Below are positions 17,134-26,664 of a DNA stretch of 64,000 nucleotides, in pieces (the stretch's first letter is position 1; every line of letters starts with the position of its first letter). The translations under genes and the position numbers were made by a program. Source of the DNA: a virus. Taxonomy: Duplodnaviria > Heunggongvirae > Uroviricota > Caudoviricetes. The notes beneath the pieces are model-generated. The model worked only from the letters and a program-made list of their open reading frames with translations. It searched no databases and had not been told where the DNA came from. The DNA lies in IMG/VR virus record IMGVR_UViG_3300025778_000009; one strand, 5' to 3'.

Positions 17134-17963
17134 ATCCAAATATGACAATAGTCACAGCCTTTTTTGATGTTGGTAGAGGTGAAGTACCACCCGTAGTAAG
17201 AGGTAGAGAAGTACCTGCATATCAACGTAGAGGCTTTGAGGAATATTTTTATTACTTTAATATGCTTGCATCTATGAAAAATGATATGATCATTTATACA
17301 GAACCAAAGTTTGTTGATGCAATTAATAATATTAGAGCATCACATGGTAATGTAGAGAATACAAAAGTTATTGTATACGAAAATGCGTTAGAGAGTTTTA
17401 ATTTTGTTACAGAGCAATTAAATAAAGTATTAAACTCAGAAGAGTATGTTAGTAAGATTGATAATCCTCATCTTATTGAATATTGGAATGCAAAATATAA
17501 TCTAGTAAATTTTTTAAAGTCACACTTTGTTGCACAAGCATATGAAAATGGTTTTATTAAGACCTCAAAGGCTGCTTGGATTGATTTTGGGTATGTTCGT
17601 ACTCCTAATAATCTTCCACCATCTTTTTATTGGGATTATGATTTCGATGTTAATAAGATTCACCTCTTTAACTTAAAAGAGATTGAACCGGAAAGACCTG
17701 TAGAAGATATTATTAAGACTGGTGACGTCTATATTATGGGTTGTCATATAGTTGCTGGTTCACATATGTGGTCGAGATTAAAAGATTTAGTATTTGATAA
17801 TGTTGCTGAACTGCTAAAACGTAATTTAACCGATGACGATCAAACAATGTTGTTGCTTTCTTATTTGCAAGAGCCTAATATATTTGAATTGCGTCATGTC
17901 GATCCTAGTAACTGGTTTATTATTTTTAATAAATTTAATGATTTGAGAGTTGCAAATGTATAA
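17130..17963 (+). CDS. HtrL/YibB family (putative glycosyltransferase)
   Basis: TIVTAFFD.GR, AWIDFG, DDDQ. Confidence 0.75.
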   Translation: MNPNMTIVTAFFDVGRGEVPPVVRGREVPAYQRRGFEEYFYYFNMLASMKNDMIIYTEPKFVDAINNIRASHGNVENTKVIVYENALESFNFVTEQLNKVLNSEEYVSKIDNPHLIEYWNAKYNLVNFLKSHFVAQAYENGFIKTSKAAWIDFGYVRTPNNLPPSFYWDYDFDVNKIHLFNLKEIEPERPVEDIIKTGDVYIMGCHIVAGSHMWSRLKDLVFDNVAELLKRNLTDDDQTMLLLSYLQEPNIFELRHVDPSNWFIIFNKFNDLRVANV

Positions 17964-18696
17964 TGTAGTTATACCTATGGCTGGATTAGGATCTAGATTT
18001 CCTTCTCATCAATTTCCTATGCCTAAACCGTTAATTCCGGTTAACGGTGAACCAATGATTACTAAGGCTATTAAAAGTTTTGGTTTTGATCTTTTATCTT
18101 TTGACTGTAACTGGTATTTTGTAGTTGCTAAAAATAACTATACAAACCAATTAAAAGATACTATTTGCCTTACAGTTCCTAGTGCAAATTTTATTGATAT
18201 AGACTATATTACAGAAGGACCGGCATGTTCAGCTCTTTTGTTTAAAGATAAAATTAACAATGAAGATGAATTAATTATTGCTAATTGTGATCAGATTATG
18301 GAATGGAGCAGCTCTATGTTCTTCCTTAATGCTCGTTCATTTCAAGGATGTGTAGTAACTTATCATACAGATACTGATAAGAATAGTTTTGCTCGTATTG
18401 ATGAAAATGGTTTAGTTAAAGAAATTAGAGAAAAACAAGTTCTTAGTAATGTAAGCCTTAATGGTATTCACTATTGGCGCCAAGGAAAATATTTTGTTGA
18501 TAGCGCAGAAGAAATGATTGCTGCTCAAGATAGAGCACCTAATGGTGAGTTTTATATTGGTCCAACATATAACTATATGATTAAATCAGGTAAAACTGTT
18601 GGCATCTACCATATACCTAACCAACAGCATCATGCCGTTGGTGTTCCTCATGATCTAGAAATGTATTTAAATTATGTTAAAAGAAAAACTAAGTAA
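17950..18696 (+). CDS. sugar-phosphate nucleotidyltransferase
   Basis: IPMAGLGSRF...PKPLI, TEGPA, IANCDQ, EK, NGEFYI.P.YN. Confidence 0.8.
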   Translation: MQMYNVVIPMAGLGSRFPSHQFPMPKPLIPVNGEPMITKAIKSFGFDLLSFDCNWYFVVAKNNYTNQLKDTICLTVPSANFIDIDYITEGPACSALLFKDKINNEDELIIANCDQIMEWSSSMFFLNARSFQGCVVTYHTDTDKNSFARIDENGLVKEIREKQVLSNVSLNGIHYWRQGKYFVDSAEEMIAAQDRAPNGEFYIGPTYNYMIKSGKTVGIYHIPNQQHHAVGVPHDLEMYLNYVKRKTK

Positions 18697-18994
18697 TATG
18701 ATCCGCGGATGGTTCATAGGTGATTTTGAACCATCCGTGTTTAAGACTAAAGATTTTGAAGTTGGCGTTCTTACTCATAAAAAAGGTGAAGAATGGCCAA
18801 AACATTATCATAAGATTGCTACAGAATATACCGTTTTGCTTTCTGGTTCAATGACCATTTGTGGTGAATTAATTGAAGCTGGAACTATTTTTATTTTAGA
18901 ACCGGGTGAAGTTGCAGATCCAGTCTTTCATGAAGACTGTACAGTGATTGTAGTAAAAACCCCTAGCGTGATTGGAGATAAGTATGTCGTTTGA
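18674..18994 (+). CDS. cupin (RmlC-like) protein
   Basis: RGWFIGDF, HYH...E, EPGE. Confidence 0.75.
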   Translation: MLKEKLSNMIRGWFIGDFEPSVFKTKDFEVGVLTHKKGEEWPKHYHKIATEYTVLLSGSMTICGELIEAGTIFILEPGEVADPVFHEDCTVIVVKTPSVIGDKYVV

Positions 18995-20183
18995 TGCTTT
19001 TCGTGATAAATCTTCTTTAGATCCTCAAGAATACGTATTTGTAAAATATGAATTAGATAGCACTGAAAGTGTTAAGAAGGCAGCTTGGGATCTAGCTATC
19101 GGTCAGAGTGTTGGTAATCCAAATGTTCGTAATGATTGGGAAACAGATGAGCTGTTTGAAAAACATAGTTGCTTGATTACTATGGTAGATGAAGAAAATA
19201 AATTAGCTGAAATAGCTTTTCCAGTTGAGAATACTAATTGGAAAGAAGATGGTATCTCTCACTTACTTTGTCAGATTATGGGTGGTCAAACAGATATTGA
19301 TCATATTATTAAGAGTCGTGTAATTGATATTGAAATCCCTGAATGTGTTAAAGCTTGGTTTAGGGAACCACGATTTGGATTTAAAGGTTATCGTGAGTAT
19401 TTAAACCAATATGATAAACCTTTATTGGGTGGTATTGTAAAACCAAAGACAGGTATTAGCCCGCAAACTCTTCTTGAGATGGTTAAGCAAATGGTCGAGG
19501 GTGGTGTTGATTTTATTAAAGAAGATGAAATTCTTTCCAATCCCAACTTCTGCCCTCTTTGGCAACGTGTTCCATTGATTGCTGATTATCTAGCTAATTG
19601 TGGTCGAAAGGTTGCTTATCATTTTTGTATTAATAGCGATCCTCTATATGTTCTTGAAAGAGCCAAATATGTTGCTAAGCACAGCACTGAAAATTTAACA
19701 TTAGGGGTTCATATTAATGTTTGGTCTGGACTTGGTGTTTACAATTCTATTCGTAAATTAAATTTGCCTTTATTCATTCATTATCAAAAGAGTGGTGAAA
19801 AGACATTTACACATCCAAAGAATCCATTTGGTATTTCATGGCCTGTACTTTGTGAATTAGCAGGATTGTCTGGTGTAGATACTATTCATGCAGGTATGAT
19901 CGGGGGGTATTCTTCTGATGATCCAGTAATGATGGAACAAGCTATTGCAAATCTTAATAAGTATGGGACGGTCCCATCATTATCATGTGGAATGCATCCT
20001 GGTCTTGTTAATCATGTAACTGAATTATTTGGTTCAGTTGATTATATGGCAAGTGTCGGTGGTGCTATTCATGGTCATCCAAACGGCACACTAGCAGGTG
20101 CAACGGCTATGCGTCAGGCTATTGATAAGACTTATGGGCCTGAATATGATGTAGCTATTGCTAAATGGGGTTTAGTAAATTGA
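18984..20183 (+). CDS. RuBisCO-like protein (form IV)
   Basis: IVKPKTG, GGVDFIKEDE, HAG, SCGMHP, GGAIHGHP; lacks equivalents of H294 and loop-6 K334. Confidence 0.88.
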   Translation: MSFDAFRDKSSLDPQEYVFVKYELDSTESVKKAAWDLAIGQSVGNPNVRNDWETDELFEKHSCLITMVDEENKLAEIAFPVENTNWKEDGISHLLCQIMGGQTDIDHIIKSRVIDIEIPECVKAWFREPRFGFKGYREYLNQYDKPLLGGIVKPKTGISPQTLLEMVKQMVEGGVDFIKEDEILSNPNFCPLWQRVPLIADYLANCGRKVAYHFCINSDPLYVLERAKYVAKHSTENLTLGVHINVWSGLGVYNSIRKLNLPLFIHYQKSGEKTFTHPKNPFGISWPVLCELAGLSGVDTIHAGMIGGYSSDDPVMMEQAIANLNKYGTVPSLSCGMHPGLVNHVTELFGSVDYMASVGGAIHGHPNGTLAGATAMRQAIDKTYGPEYDVAIAKWGLVN

Positions 20184-20884
20184 AAAAGAAAAGCGTTTCC
20201 TGGTCAGATGGCCAGACTAATCAAAACATTTTTGATAACTACAATAACTGGATTATGAGTGCTGATAAGAAAGTATTCTTTAAGCTTTGCATGCGCATGA
20301 ATCTTTATAATCAAGTAAAAGATTTACATGGTGATATAGTAGAATGTGGTGTGTTTAAAGGCGCAGGGCTTTTGGCCTGGCTTAAACTTATTGATATGCA
20401 TCAACCTCATTCTATTAAAAAAGTAATTGGTTTTGATTTTTTTGATCCAACATTTACTGATAATTTAGAAAGTACTATTGATAAAGAAAACATGAAACAT
20501 GTTTTTAATAGAGATCCTACACTTAAAGTATCAGAGTTGTCTGTAGAGAGTATTAAAACTAAATTAAATAATGCTGGATACAATGAAAGTAAATTTGAAT
20601 TAATTAAAGGCGATATTTCTGATACTGCTAAAATATTTGTAGAAGATAAACCAGGATTTAGAATATCACTACTCTACTTAGACCTTGATTTAGATCATCC
20701 AACATACGATACTTTAGAAGCATTCTGGGATAGAGTAGTCCCTGGTGGTATTGTTGTATTTGATGAGTATGCTATCTACAGCTGGACAGAGTCAAATGCA
20801 GTTGATAGATTCTTTAAAGACAAAAATGTCAAGATTATAAACACAAATATATTTTCACCATCAGCATATATTATTAAGGAATAA
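20165..20884 (+). CDS. TylF/MycF-family sugar O-methyltransferase
   Basis: GDIVECGVFKG, GFDFF, LDLDL, GGIVVFDEY; start may be TTG 20180. Confidence 0.85.
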   Translation: MGFSKLKKKSVSWSDGQTNQNIFDNYNNWIMSADKKVFFKLCMRMNLYNQVKDLHGDIVECGVFKGAGLLAWLKLIDMHQPHSIKKVIGFDFFDPTFTDNLESTIDKENMKHVFNRDPTLKVSELSVESIKTKLNNAGYNESKFELIKGDISDTAKIFVEDKPGFRISLLYLDLDLDHPTYDTLEAFWDRVVPGGIVVFDEYAIYSWTESNAVDRFFKDKNVKIINTNIFSPSAYIIKE

Positions 20885-20886
20885 AC

Positions 20887-21624
20887 ATGAAGACCGCTAT
20901 TGTAATTAATGGACATGTTCGTACATGGGAAAAATGTAAAGATAACTTCATTGACACTTTCGGTGATTTGAACGCTGACGTATTTGTTTCTGTCTATAAT
21001 AAACAATTTGAATATGCAGAATATATTAGATCAATTCAAGATTTTTATGGTGAAAATATCTTAGAAGAAAATGATATTAAAAGAATGTTTGAAGGTATTA
21101 ATCTTAAAAAGATTGTTATTGATAACAGTGAGGAAATGCAATCAATAGTTGCAAAAGAAAAAGAAAACGTAAAACTTCAATTTAATACACAAGCACACGG
21201 TAAAGATATTTTTATCTCTATTTACCCACAATACCGTAAACTATATTACATTATGAAAGATGTAGCCAAATACGAAGAAGAGAACAACTTTAAGTATGAT
21301 AGAATTATTAAGACAAGAACAGAAGTAATTTATCACCCTGAAGTTTTTAAAAGAGCTTATAGTATCTTAGGTGATAATGAAATACTGGTCGATGCCGGTG
21401 CAGTACCTCTTAACGATGTAATGTATGCATGTAGCCGAGATAATATGTATAAAATTGTTGACTTTCTTTATAATGAATTTTTTGATCCTAAATTTCCTGA
21501 ACATGACGTTCATTGGCCTCCTCACAGTATGTTAAAGATTGGCGTTGAATCAAATAATATTGGTGTTGTTTCTCGCCGGTTGTTTAAGCATATTGAAAGA
21601 GAAAAACTTCAACAGGTGTATTGA
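20887..21624 (+). CDS. putative glycosyltransferase-like protein
   Basis: KTAIVINGHVR and YDRIIKTRTE patterns; paralog of 22079. Confidence 0.55.
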   Translation: MKTAIVINGHVRTWEKCKDNFIDTFGDLNADVFVSVYNKQFEYAEYIRSIQDFYGENILEENDIKRMFEGINLKKIVIDNSEEMQSIVAKEKENVKLQFNTQAHGKDIFISIYPQYRKLYYIMKDVAKYEEENNFKYDRIIKTRTEVIYHPEVFKRAYSILGDNEILVDAGAVPLNDVMYACSRDNMYKIVDFLYNEFFDPKFPEHDVHWPPHSMLKIGVESNNIGVVSRRLFKHIEREKLQQVY

Positions 21625-22082
21625 TGATTAAGATTGCTCATCGTGGTTTATTTGAAAGTCAAAGTAACGACCGTGATTTAGAAAATAAACCTGAACAAAT
21701 TGAATTAGCTTTAGCTAAAGGATTTGATGCAGAGATTGACTTACAGGTAATTAATAATAAATTATTTTTAGGTCACGATACTCCTGATTATGAGATAAAT
21801 GAATCTTTTCTATTAAAAAGAGGTTTATGGATTCATGCCAAGAATGCTGATTCGCTTCGATATTTGGCCACTAAATTGCCTAACCTAAATTATTTTGCAC
21901 ATGCCAATGATCCAGTTGTTATTACGACTCATGGTTGGTTATGGTATCATTGCTATCATCTTAAAGATATGAAGAGAGGTAGAGCCATTGCTGTTATGCC
22001 TGAATACACAATAAGAGATGTTAATTCATTTAATTCTTTAGATTGTGATGGTATTTGTTCTGACTTCGTTGGCCTTTTATGA
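21621..22082 (+). CDS. short glycerophosphodiester phosphodiesterase-like protein
   Basis: IAHRG, EN, EID, GHD, WIHAK, GICSD. Confidence 0.7.
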   Translation: MMIKIAHRGLFESQSNDRDLENKPEQIELALAKGFDAEIDLQVINNKLFLGHDTPDYEINESFLLKRGLWIHAKNADSLRYLATKLPNLNYFAHANDPVVITTHGWLWYHCYHLKDMKRGRAIAVMPEYTIRDVNSFNSLDCDGICSDFVGLL

Positions 22083-22795
22083 GAACAGCACTTATATTAA
22101 CCGGTCATATGAGATGCTGGAAGCAAATGATTCCTCATATGACAGAAAAATATATTAATAAGTATAATCCTGATATATTTATTAGTTGTTGGGAGAACGA
22201 AGGTTGGTGGAAATGGGGGAATGAAAAGGGATTTCATGAAAATTCTAATCATGTAGATCCTGATGAGATAAGATCTCTCCTTAACCCTGTTGAAATGAGA
22301 TATGAATATTTTGATCCTCATGAACCGTATTTTACTGAGAGAGCAAAACGTTATCCTAATTCATATATTTCCCCTAAAAATATTTTATCGATGACTTATA
22401 AATGGCTTGATGGATTTTATCTATTAAAGCATCATATGGCTATTACTGGTAAACAGTATGATCTAGTTATTAAAACTAGAACTGACTTAGAGATAATGGG
22501 TGATTTGCCTGAATTTGATTTAGATAAATTTTATATCATCTATAACCACTACAACCAAGGTGGTCATAATGATGTGTTTTATGCTAGTAACTATCAAAAA
22601 GCTGAGCATGTATCTAATTTTATTCTTAATTTTGACTCATTATATTCTCAAACAAACACAGTCTGTACACATCTAATGACGCAAAAACATTTTGAAAATG
22701 CAGAAATAGACGTGATTTCTTTAAATATTCCATATAGACTACATAATACACCTTGGGGTCAGCACCAAGATGTTAACAGATTTATTAAACAATAA
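22079..22795 (+). CDS. putative glycosyltransferase-like protein
   Basis: RTALILTGHMR, YDLVIKTRTD, ND.F. Confidence 0.55.
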   Translation: MRTALILTGHMRCWKQMIPHMTEKYINKYNPDIFISCWENEGWWKWGNEKGFHENSNHVDPDEIRSLLNPVEMRYEYFDPHEPYFTERAKRYPNSYISPKNILSMTYKWLDGFYLLKHHMAITGKQYDLVIKTRTDLEIMGDLPEFDLDKFYIIYNHYNQGGHNDVFYASNYQKAEHVSNFILNFDSLYSQTNTVCTHLMTQKHFENAEIDVISLNIPYRLHNTPWGQHQDVNRFIKQ

Positions 22796-22867
22796 ATAAT
22801 AAATCGTGTTTTGTTTGACACGAGAAGCATAAGGAGAGTATCCTTATGTCAACCAAAAGGACAAACA

Positions 22868-23335
22868 ATGAAGAAACTACTATTAGCCCTAGTGATGGGG
22901 TGTAGTATGTCCGTTTCTGCATCATACGCCAAAGATACTTCGTCAAATATATCGTCTAATACATCGAAATATACATCGTTAGATATAAAAGAATTAGTTA
23001 CAACTATTGCAGAAAGACATCACGTTCCATTTGATTTAGCGCATGCTGTAATCTATGTGGAATCAAAATATAATCCTAATGTTATGGGTCAAAAAGGTGA
23101 ATATGGCTTAGGTCAGATTCGCTGTGGAACAGCCAAGAGCATGGGATTTAAAGGCAAGTGTGAAGAGTTGCACGATGCTAAGAATAACTTAGAATATAGC
23201 ATGGCTTATCTTCGTTATGCATTAGATCAAACAGATAACGATATCTGTAAAGCAGCATCTTATTACGGTAGCGGGTTGATCCCTAAATCCAATAAAACCG
23301 CATACTGCCGAAAAATACTTGACAATTTAAATTAA
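22868..23335 (+). CDS. exported lytic transglycosylase (SLT domain)
   Basis: Signal peptide; VESKYNP, GLGQI, TAK, NLEYSMAYL. Confidence 0.85.
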   Translation: MKKLLLALVMGCSMSVSASYAKDTSSNISSNTSKYTSLDIKELVTTIAERHHVPFDLAHAVIYVESKYNPNVMGQKGEYGLGQIRCGTAKSMGFKGKCEELHDAKNNLEYSMAYLRYALDQTDNDICKAASYYGSGLIPKSNKTAYCRKILDNLN

Positions 23336-23347
23336 TTACTATATTAT
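23319..23347 (+). promoter_or_regulatory. sigma70-type promoter ahead of tRNA-Gln
   Basis: TTGACA-N17-TATTAT. Confidence 0.7.
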
Positions 23348-23375
23348 AATAGTCAGCGTATTAACTGACTATTTT

Positions 23376-23449
23376 TGGAGGATCGTATAATGGAAGTACT
23401 AAGGACTTTGACTCCTTCAATCTAGGTTCGAATCCTAGTCCTCCAGCCA
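23376..23449 (+). tRNA. tRNA-Gln(TTG)
   Basis: AAGGA-CTTTGAC-TCCTT; U1:A72; GCCA end. Confidence 0.93.
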
Positions 23450-23486
23450 TAAATAAATTTTTAATAGTTTTGCGAAAGGGTTGCAA

Positions 23487-23849
23487 ATGAATAAGACTTG
23501 GGGCTATCATCTTCTATTGGATTGTACAGCTGGCGATAAAGAGCTTATTGGTTCAAGAGACAACATTTATAATTTTACTAAAGAATTAGTAGTGGCCATT
23601 GATATGGTTGCTTTTGGTGAACCATGGATTGAACGTTTTGCAACCCATGCAGCAGACAAAGCTGGCTACAGCATGTGTCAAATGATTGAGACATCAAACA
23701 TTACTGGTCATTTCTGTGACAATGATGGTAATTTTTATATTGATGTTTTTTCATGTAAGCCGTTTGAAAATGAAACAGTTATTAGTGTAGTTGATAAGTA
23801 CTTTAAGCCTGAAAAGGTTCGTACTCATTTTATCTCACGTGACGCTTGA
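23487..23849 (+). CDS. speD: S-adenosylmethionine decarboxylase-like proenzyme
   Basis: GYHLLLD, IETSNITGH, YIDVFSCK. Confidence 0.7.
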   Translation: MNKTWGYHLLLDCTAGDKELIGSRDNIYNFTKELVVAIDMVAFGEPWIERFATHAADKAGYSMCQMIETSNITGHFCDNDGNFYIDVFSCKPFENETVISVVDKYFKPEKVRTHFISRDA

Positions 23850-23860
23850 GACTAATTTAT

Positions 23861-23937
23861 CGCGGGATAGCGCAGTCAGGTAGAGCACCGGACTCATAAT
23901 CCGGAGGTCGTTGGTTCGAATCCATCTCCCGCAACCA
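23861..23937 (+). tRNA. tRNA-Met(CAT), initiator-like
   Basis: C1:A72 mismatch; anticodon loop CTCATAA; only two of the three G:C pairs at 29-31. Confidence 0.88.
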
Positions 23938-23954
23938 AACAATAAAGGTGATCT

Positions 23955-24710
23955 ATGAAAATTGAACATGCTTACATTTTGTATATTGATAACCCTGAAG
24001 CTACTAACTACATGGAGCAATGTAAGCAGTCTTGCATAGACCATAGCGTACCAGTCACCTCATTTCTCGGATTTAAGCTTCCTACAACGGTTGCTGAAGT
24101 TAAAGAGAAATGGGGTGTTCGTATAGACCCTGTTGTTCAAGAACGTATTGATGAACCTGTATTTCGTATTTGGTTTAAAGAACAACTTTGTACTGCAGGA
24201 CATATTGCAATGTGGAAAGAGATTGCTAAGCAAGATAAAGCTTATGCTATCTTTGAACATGATGCGATCGTAAAACGTAATTTTGATGGTATTGAAGTTA
24301 ATGATGGTGAAATAGTTTTCTTAGGATTCCGTGTTGATCACCGTGATGATTATGAATGTATAAATGATGTATTTACAAAAATTCCAATGAATAAATTTGA
24401 AGGTACTCATGCATACGCTATTACCCCTAATACTTGTAAATATCTTTTGGAAGCTATTGAACAAAGAGAATATCTCCCAGTAGGAATCTCTGTAGATTTT
24501 TATCTTGGTGTGCAGAATCTCTTTAGACTCAATATGTTTGTTGCTGACCCTGCACCTGTAGTTGCAGCAGTAGAAGATAAAGTATCAGAAACACAACCAG
24601 AAGGTAAAGTTGCAAAATACAATATGCTACCACCTGATGGGTTTCTTAAAGGTCTAGTTAAACCAGAGAAATATTCAATTGATGAAAAAAATGGATGGTT
24701 GGTATTCTAA
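23955..24710 (+). CDS. glycosyltransferase family 25-like
   Basis: CTAGH..MW, IFEHDA, GTHAYAITP. Confidence 0.7.
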   Translation: MKIEHAYILYIDNPEATNYMEQCKQSCIDHSVPVTSFLGFKLPTTVAEVKEKWGVRIDPVVQERIDEPVFRIWFKEQLCTAGHIAMWKEIAKQDKAYAIFEHDAIVKRNFDGIEVNDGEIVFLGFRVDHRDDYECINDVFTKIPMNKFEGTHAYAITPNTCKYLLEAIEQREYLPVGISVDFYLGVQNLFRLNMFVADPAPVVAAVEDKVSETQPEGKVAKYNMLPPDGFLKGLVKPEKYSIDEKNGWLVF

Positions 24711-25219
24711 TGAAAGTAAATATTGGCAAATATCCTAAGAGCGATAAAAAAGAACGTAAAATTTCAGTAAAGCTAGATTACTGGGATACATGGTCCATGG
24801 ATCATACTCTTGCTCTTATTATTCATCCGATGCTAGTACAATTACAAAAAACAAAGCATGGCTCTCCTTTTACTGACGATAATGATGTTCCGGAAGAACT
24901 TCGTTCTACATCAGCTCCTCCTAAAGAAAATGAATGGGATACAGATGATAACCATTTTAAGCGTTGGGAATGGATTCTTGATGAAATGATTTGGGCATTT
25001 GCTCAACAATTAGATGATAATGCATCTAGTCAATTTCATTCAGGAAAAATTGACTTACAATTTAAAGAAGTTGAGGTTGATGGTGAAAAATATAGTGAAA
25101 TGGTAAGAGGTCCATTAGATACTCACGTTTTTGATAAGGAGGGTCACGATGCTTGGCAAGCCAGAAAAACAAACGGATTTAAACTCTTTGGTAAGTATTA
25201 TGAGGCTCTCTGGGACTGA
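24710..25219 (+). CDS. conserved hypothetical myophage protein
   Basis: DTWSMDHTLA, W.WILDEMIWAF, GFKLFGKYYEALWD. Confidence 0.75.
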   Translation: MKVNIGKYPKSDKKERKISVKLDYWDTWSMDHTLALIIHPMLVQLQKTKHGSPFTDDNDVPEELRSTSAPPKENEWDTDDNHFKRWEWILDEMIWAFAQQLDDNASSQFHSGKIDLQFKEVEVDGEKYSEMVRGPLDTHVFDKEGHDAWQARKTNGFKLFGKYYEALWD

Positions 25220-25373
25220 AACACATAATTATTCAGTTGATGCTTTAAAAAAAGCTGCATTCGTTGACGAGCTTAATAATGTTCTTATTCATGCGGAAAA
25301 AACAGTTGCAAAAGATATCATAGTAGAATATCTTAATATAAGAGTTAATGAGATTAATAAAAGGTACAAATAG
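25200..25373 (+). CDS. hypothetical protein
   Basis: ORF 25131..25373; probable ATG at 25200. Confidence 0.5.
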   Translation: MRLSGTETHNYSVDALKKAAFVDELNNVLIHAEKTVAKDIIVEYLNIRVNEINKRYK

Positions 25374-25378
25374 GTTAT

Positions 25379-25470
25379 GGGCGTGGGTGTTGGTACACGA
25401 GAGGAGCTTATATCTCCTTTAGCGGCAGATTACCGTTCTAGACTTGGTTCGAATCCGAGCGCGCCTACCA
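25379..25470 (+). tRNA. atypical tRNA, anticodon TAT (Ile), long variable arm and reduced D arm
   Basis: Acceptor GGGCGTG/CGCGCCT-ACCA; AGGAG-CTTATAT-CTCCT; variable arm GCGG..CCGT; TTCGAAT. Confidence 0.75.
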
Positions 25471-25487
25471 ATTTCTAGGAGACTAAA

Positions 25488-25760
25488 ATGCCAACCGTTA
25501 CGACCGAAGTTGATTTTGATTTAGAAACAATCGATGACTATGACCTCATAGATGAGCTAGAGAGACGAGGTTATGAGATAATCGAAAACGGTAGAGAAGA
25601 CGACGATCTCATAGATATTTTAACTGATCGTGGATATTCAGTCATTGTTAGAGATTATTTAGAAGAACTCTATAGTACCTACTTGACAATGTCTCCTGAG
25701 TTTTTTCAGAAAGAATTGAAGAAATTATTCCGAGAGAAGTTAGACGTAAATATATACTAA
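25488..25760 (+). CDS. acidic hypothetical protein with an internal repeat
   Basis: DLIDEL.RRGY / DLIDIL..RGY; AGGAG RBS. Confidence 0.7.
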   Translation: MPTVTTEVDFDLETIDDYDLIDELERRGYEIIENGREDDDLIDILTDRGYSVIVRDYLEELYSTYLTMSPEFFQKELKKLFREKLDVNIY

Positions 25761-25767
25761 TACCAAT

Positions 25768-25805
25768 GGTCACATAGCTTAACTGGAATAAGAGCAAGAG
25801 ATTTC
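25768..25805 (+). pseudogene. 5' half of a tRNA, probably Arg(TCN), broken in the anticodon loop
   Basis: GGTCACA-TA-GCTT-AACTGGAATAA-GAGC-A-AGAGA-TTTC, then AT-rich sequence. Confidence 0.65.
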
Positions 25806-25811
25806 ATTTTA

Positions 25812-25819
25812 TATAAATA
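25812..25819 (+). promoter_or_regulatory. T4-type late promoter
   Basis: TATAAATA 7 nt before the D-armless tRNA. Confidence 0.7.
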
Positions 25820-25826
25820 CCTATAT

Positions 25827-25909
25827 GCGAACGTAGCCGAGGGGAGCTTCTACCTCCTTAGACGTAACTGGAGCTGTAAATGGGGGTTCGAATCCCTCCG
25901 TTCGCGCCA
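25827..25909 (+). tRNA. D-armless tRNA-like RNA, anticodon TCT (Arg)
   Basis: Acceptor GCGAACG/CGTTCGC-GCCA; about 7 nt replace the D arm; GGAG-CTTCTAC-CTCC; 22-nt variable region; GGGGG-TTCGAAT-CCCTC. Confidence 0.7.
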
Positions 25910-25922
25910 TAGGAAACAAAAA

Positions 25923-26663
25923 ATGAAAAAAACATTGTGTAATAAATGTAATAATTATTTTGCTAATAGAGCAGGCAATTATAATCGACATCACATGGTA
26001 TGTGACGGAAATTATATTTTACCTGAACAAAGAGGTGTTTGTAAATATTGCAATATTAAGTTTGATCTAAATGATAAACCTAAAGGCTGGATGGCTAACC
26101 ATAGCAGATGGTGTGATAGCAATTTAGATAGAGAAAAATATAAAAAATCAAATAAAACTAATATTAAATCTATGCAGACTCCAGAAGCTAGAAAAAAAGC
26201 TGTAGAAGGTATAAAAAAAGCATGGCAAGATGGTAAATATAATCATTGTGATCACAAAACATTTTTAGGTAGAACTCATTCAGATAAATCTAAAAAATTA
26301 ATGAGTGAGAGTGCTTTAAAAGCAAAGCACAGGAGAATTTTAAGATCAACTAGAAAATATATTTGTAAGGATGGTAGTGAAGTTTTATTAGATTCTTCTT
26401 GGGAAGAACAGTTAGCAATAAGATTGGATCAATTGAATATTAATTGGATAAGGCCGAAGGACCCTATTCAATGGTTAGATAAAGAAGGAAAAACACACAA
26501 TTATTTTCCCGATTTTTATTTAACCGATTATAACATTTATATTGATCCCAAAAATGATATAGTATATAATATAACAATAACTAAAATAGAAGCTCTTAAA
26601 ATTATTTTGCCTAATCTTATTATTTTAAGATCTTTAGAAGAGTGTAAGAATTTTAAAATATAA
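25923..26663 (+). CDS. free-standing PD-(D/E)XK (TnsA-N-like) homing-type endonuclease with Zn fingers
   Basis: Two CxxC..H..C motifs; NUMOD3-like GRTHSDKSK; DSSWE...YFPDFYL....YIDPK. Confidence 0.75.
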   Translation: MKKTLCNKCNNYFANRAGNYNRHHMVCDGNYILPEQRGVCKYCNIKFDLNDKPKGWMANHSRWCDSNLDREKYKKSNKTNIKSMQTPEARKKAVEGIKKAWQDGKYNHCDHKTFLGRTHSDKSKKLMSESALKAKHRRILRSTRKYICKDGSEVLLDSSWEEQLAIRLDQLNINWIRPKDPIQWLDKEGKTHNYFPDFYLTDYNIYIDPKNDIVYNITITKIEALKIILPNLIILRSLEECKNFKI

Positions 26664-26664
26664 T

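Noticed and set aside
18984-20183. Carbon-fixing RuBisCO
   Set aside because: Lacks H294 and K334 equivalents; no small subunit or phosphoribulokinase in the window.
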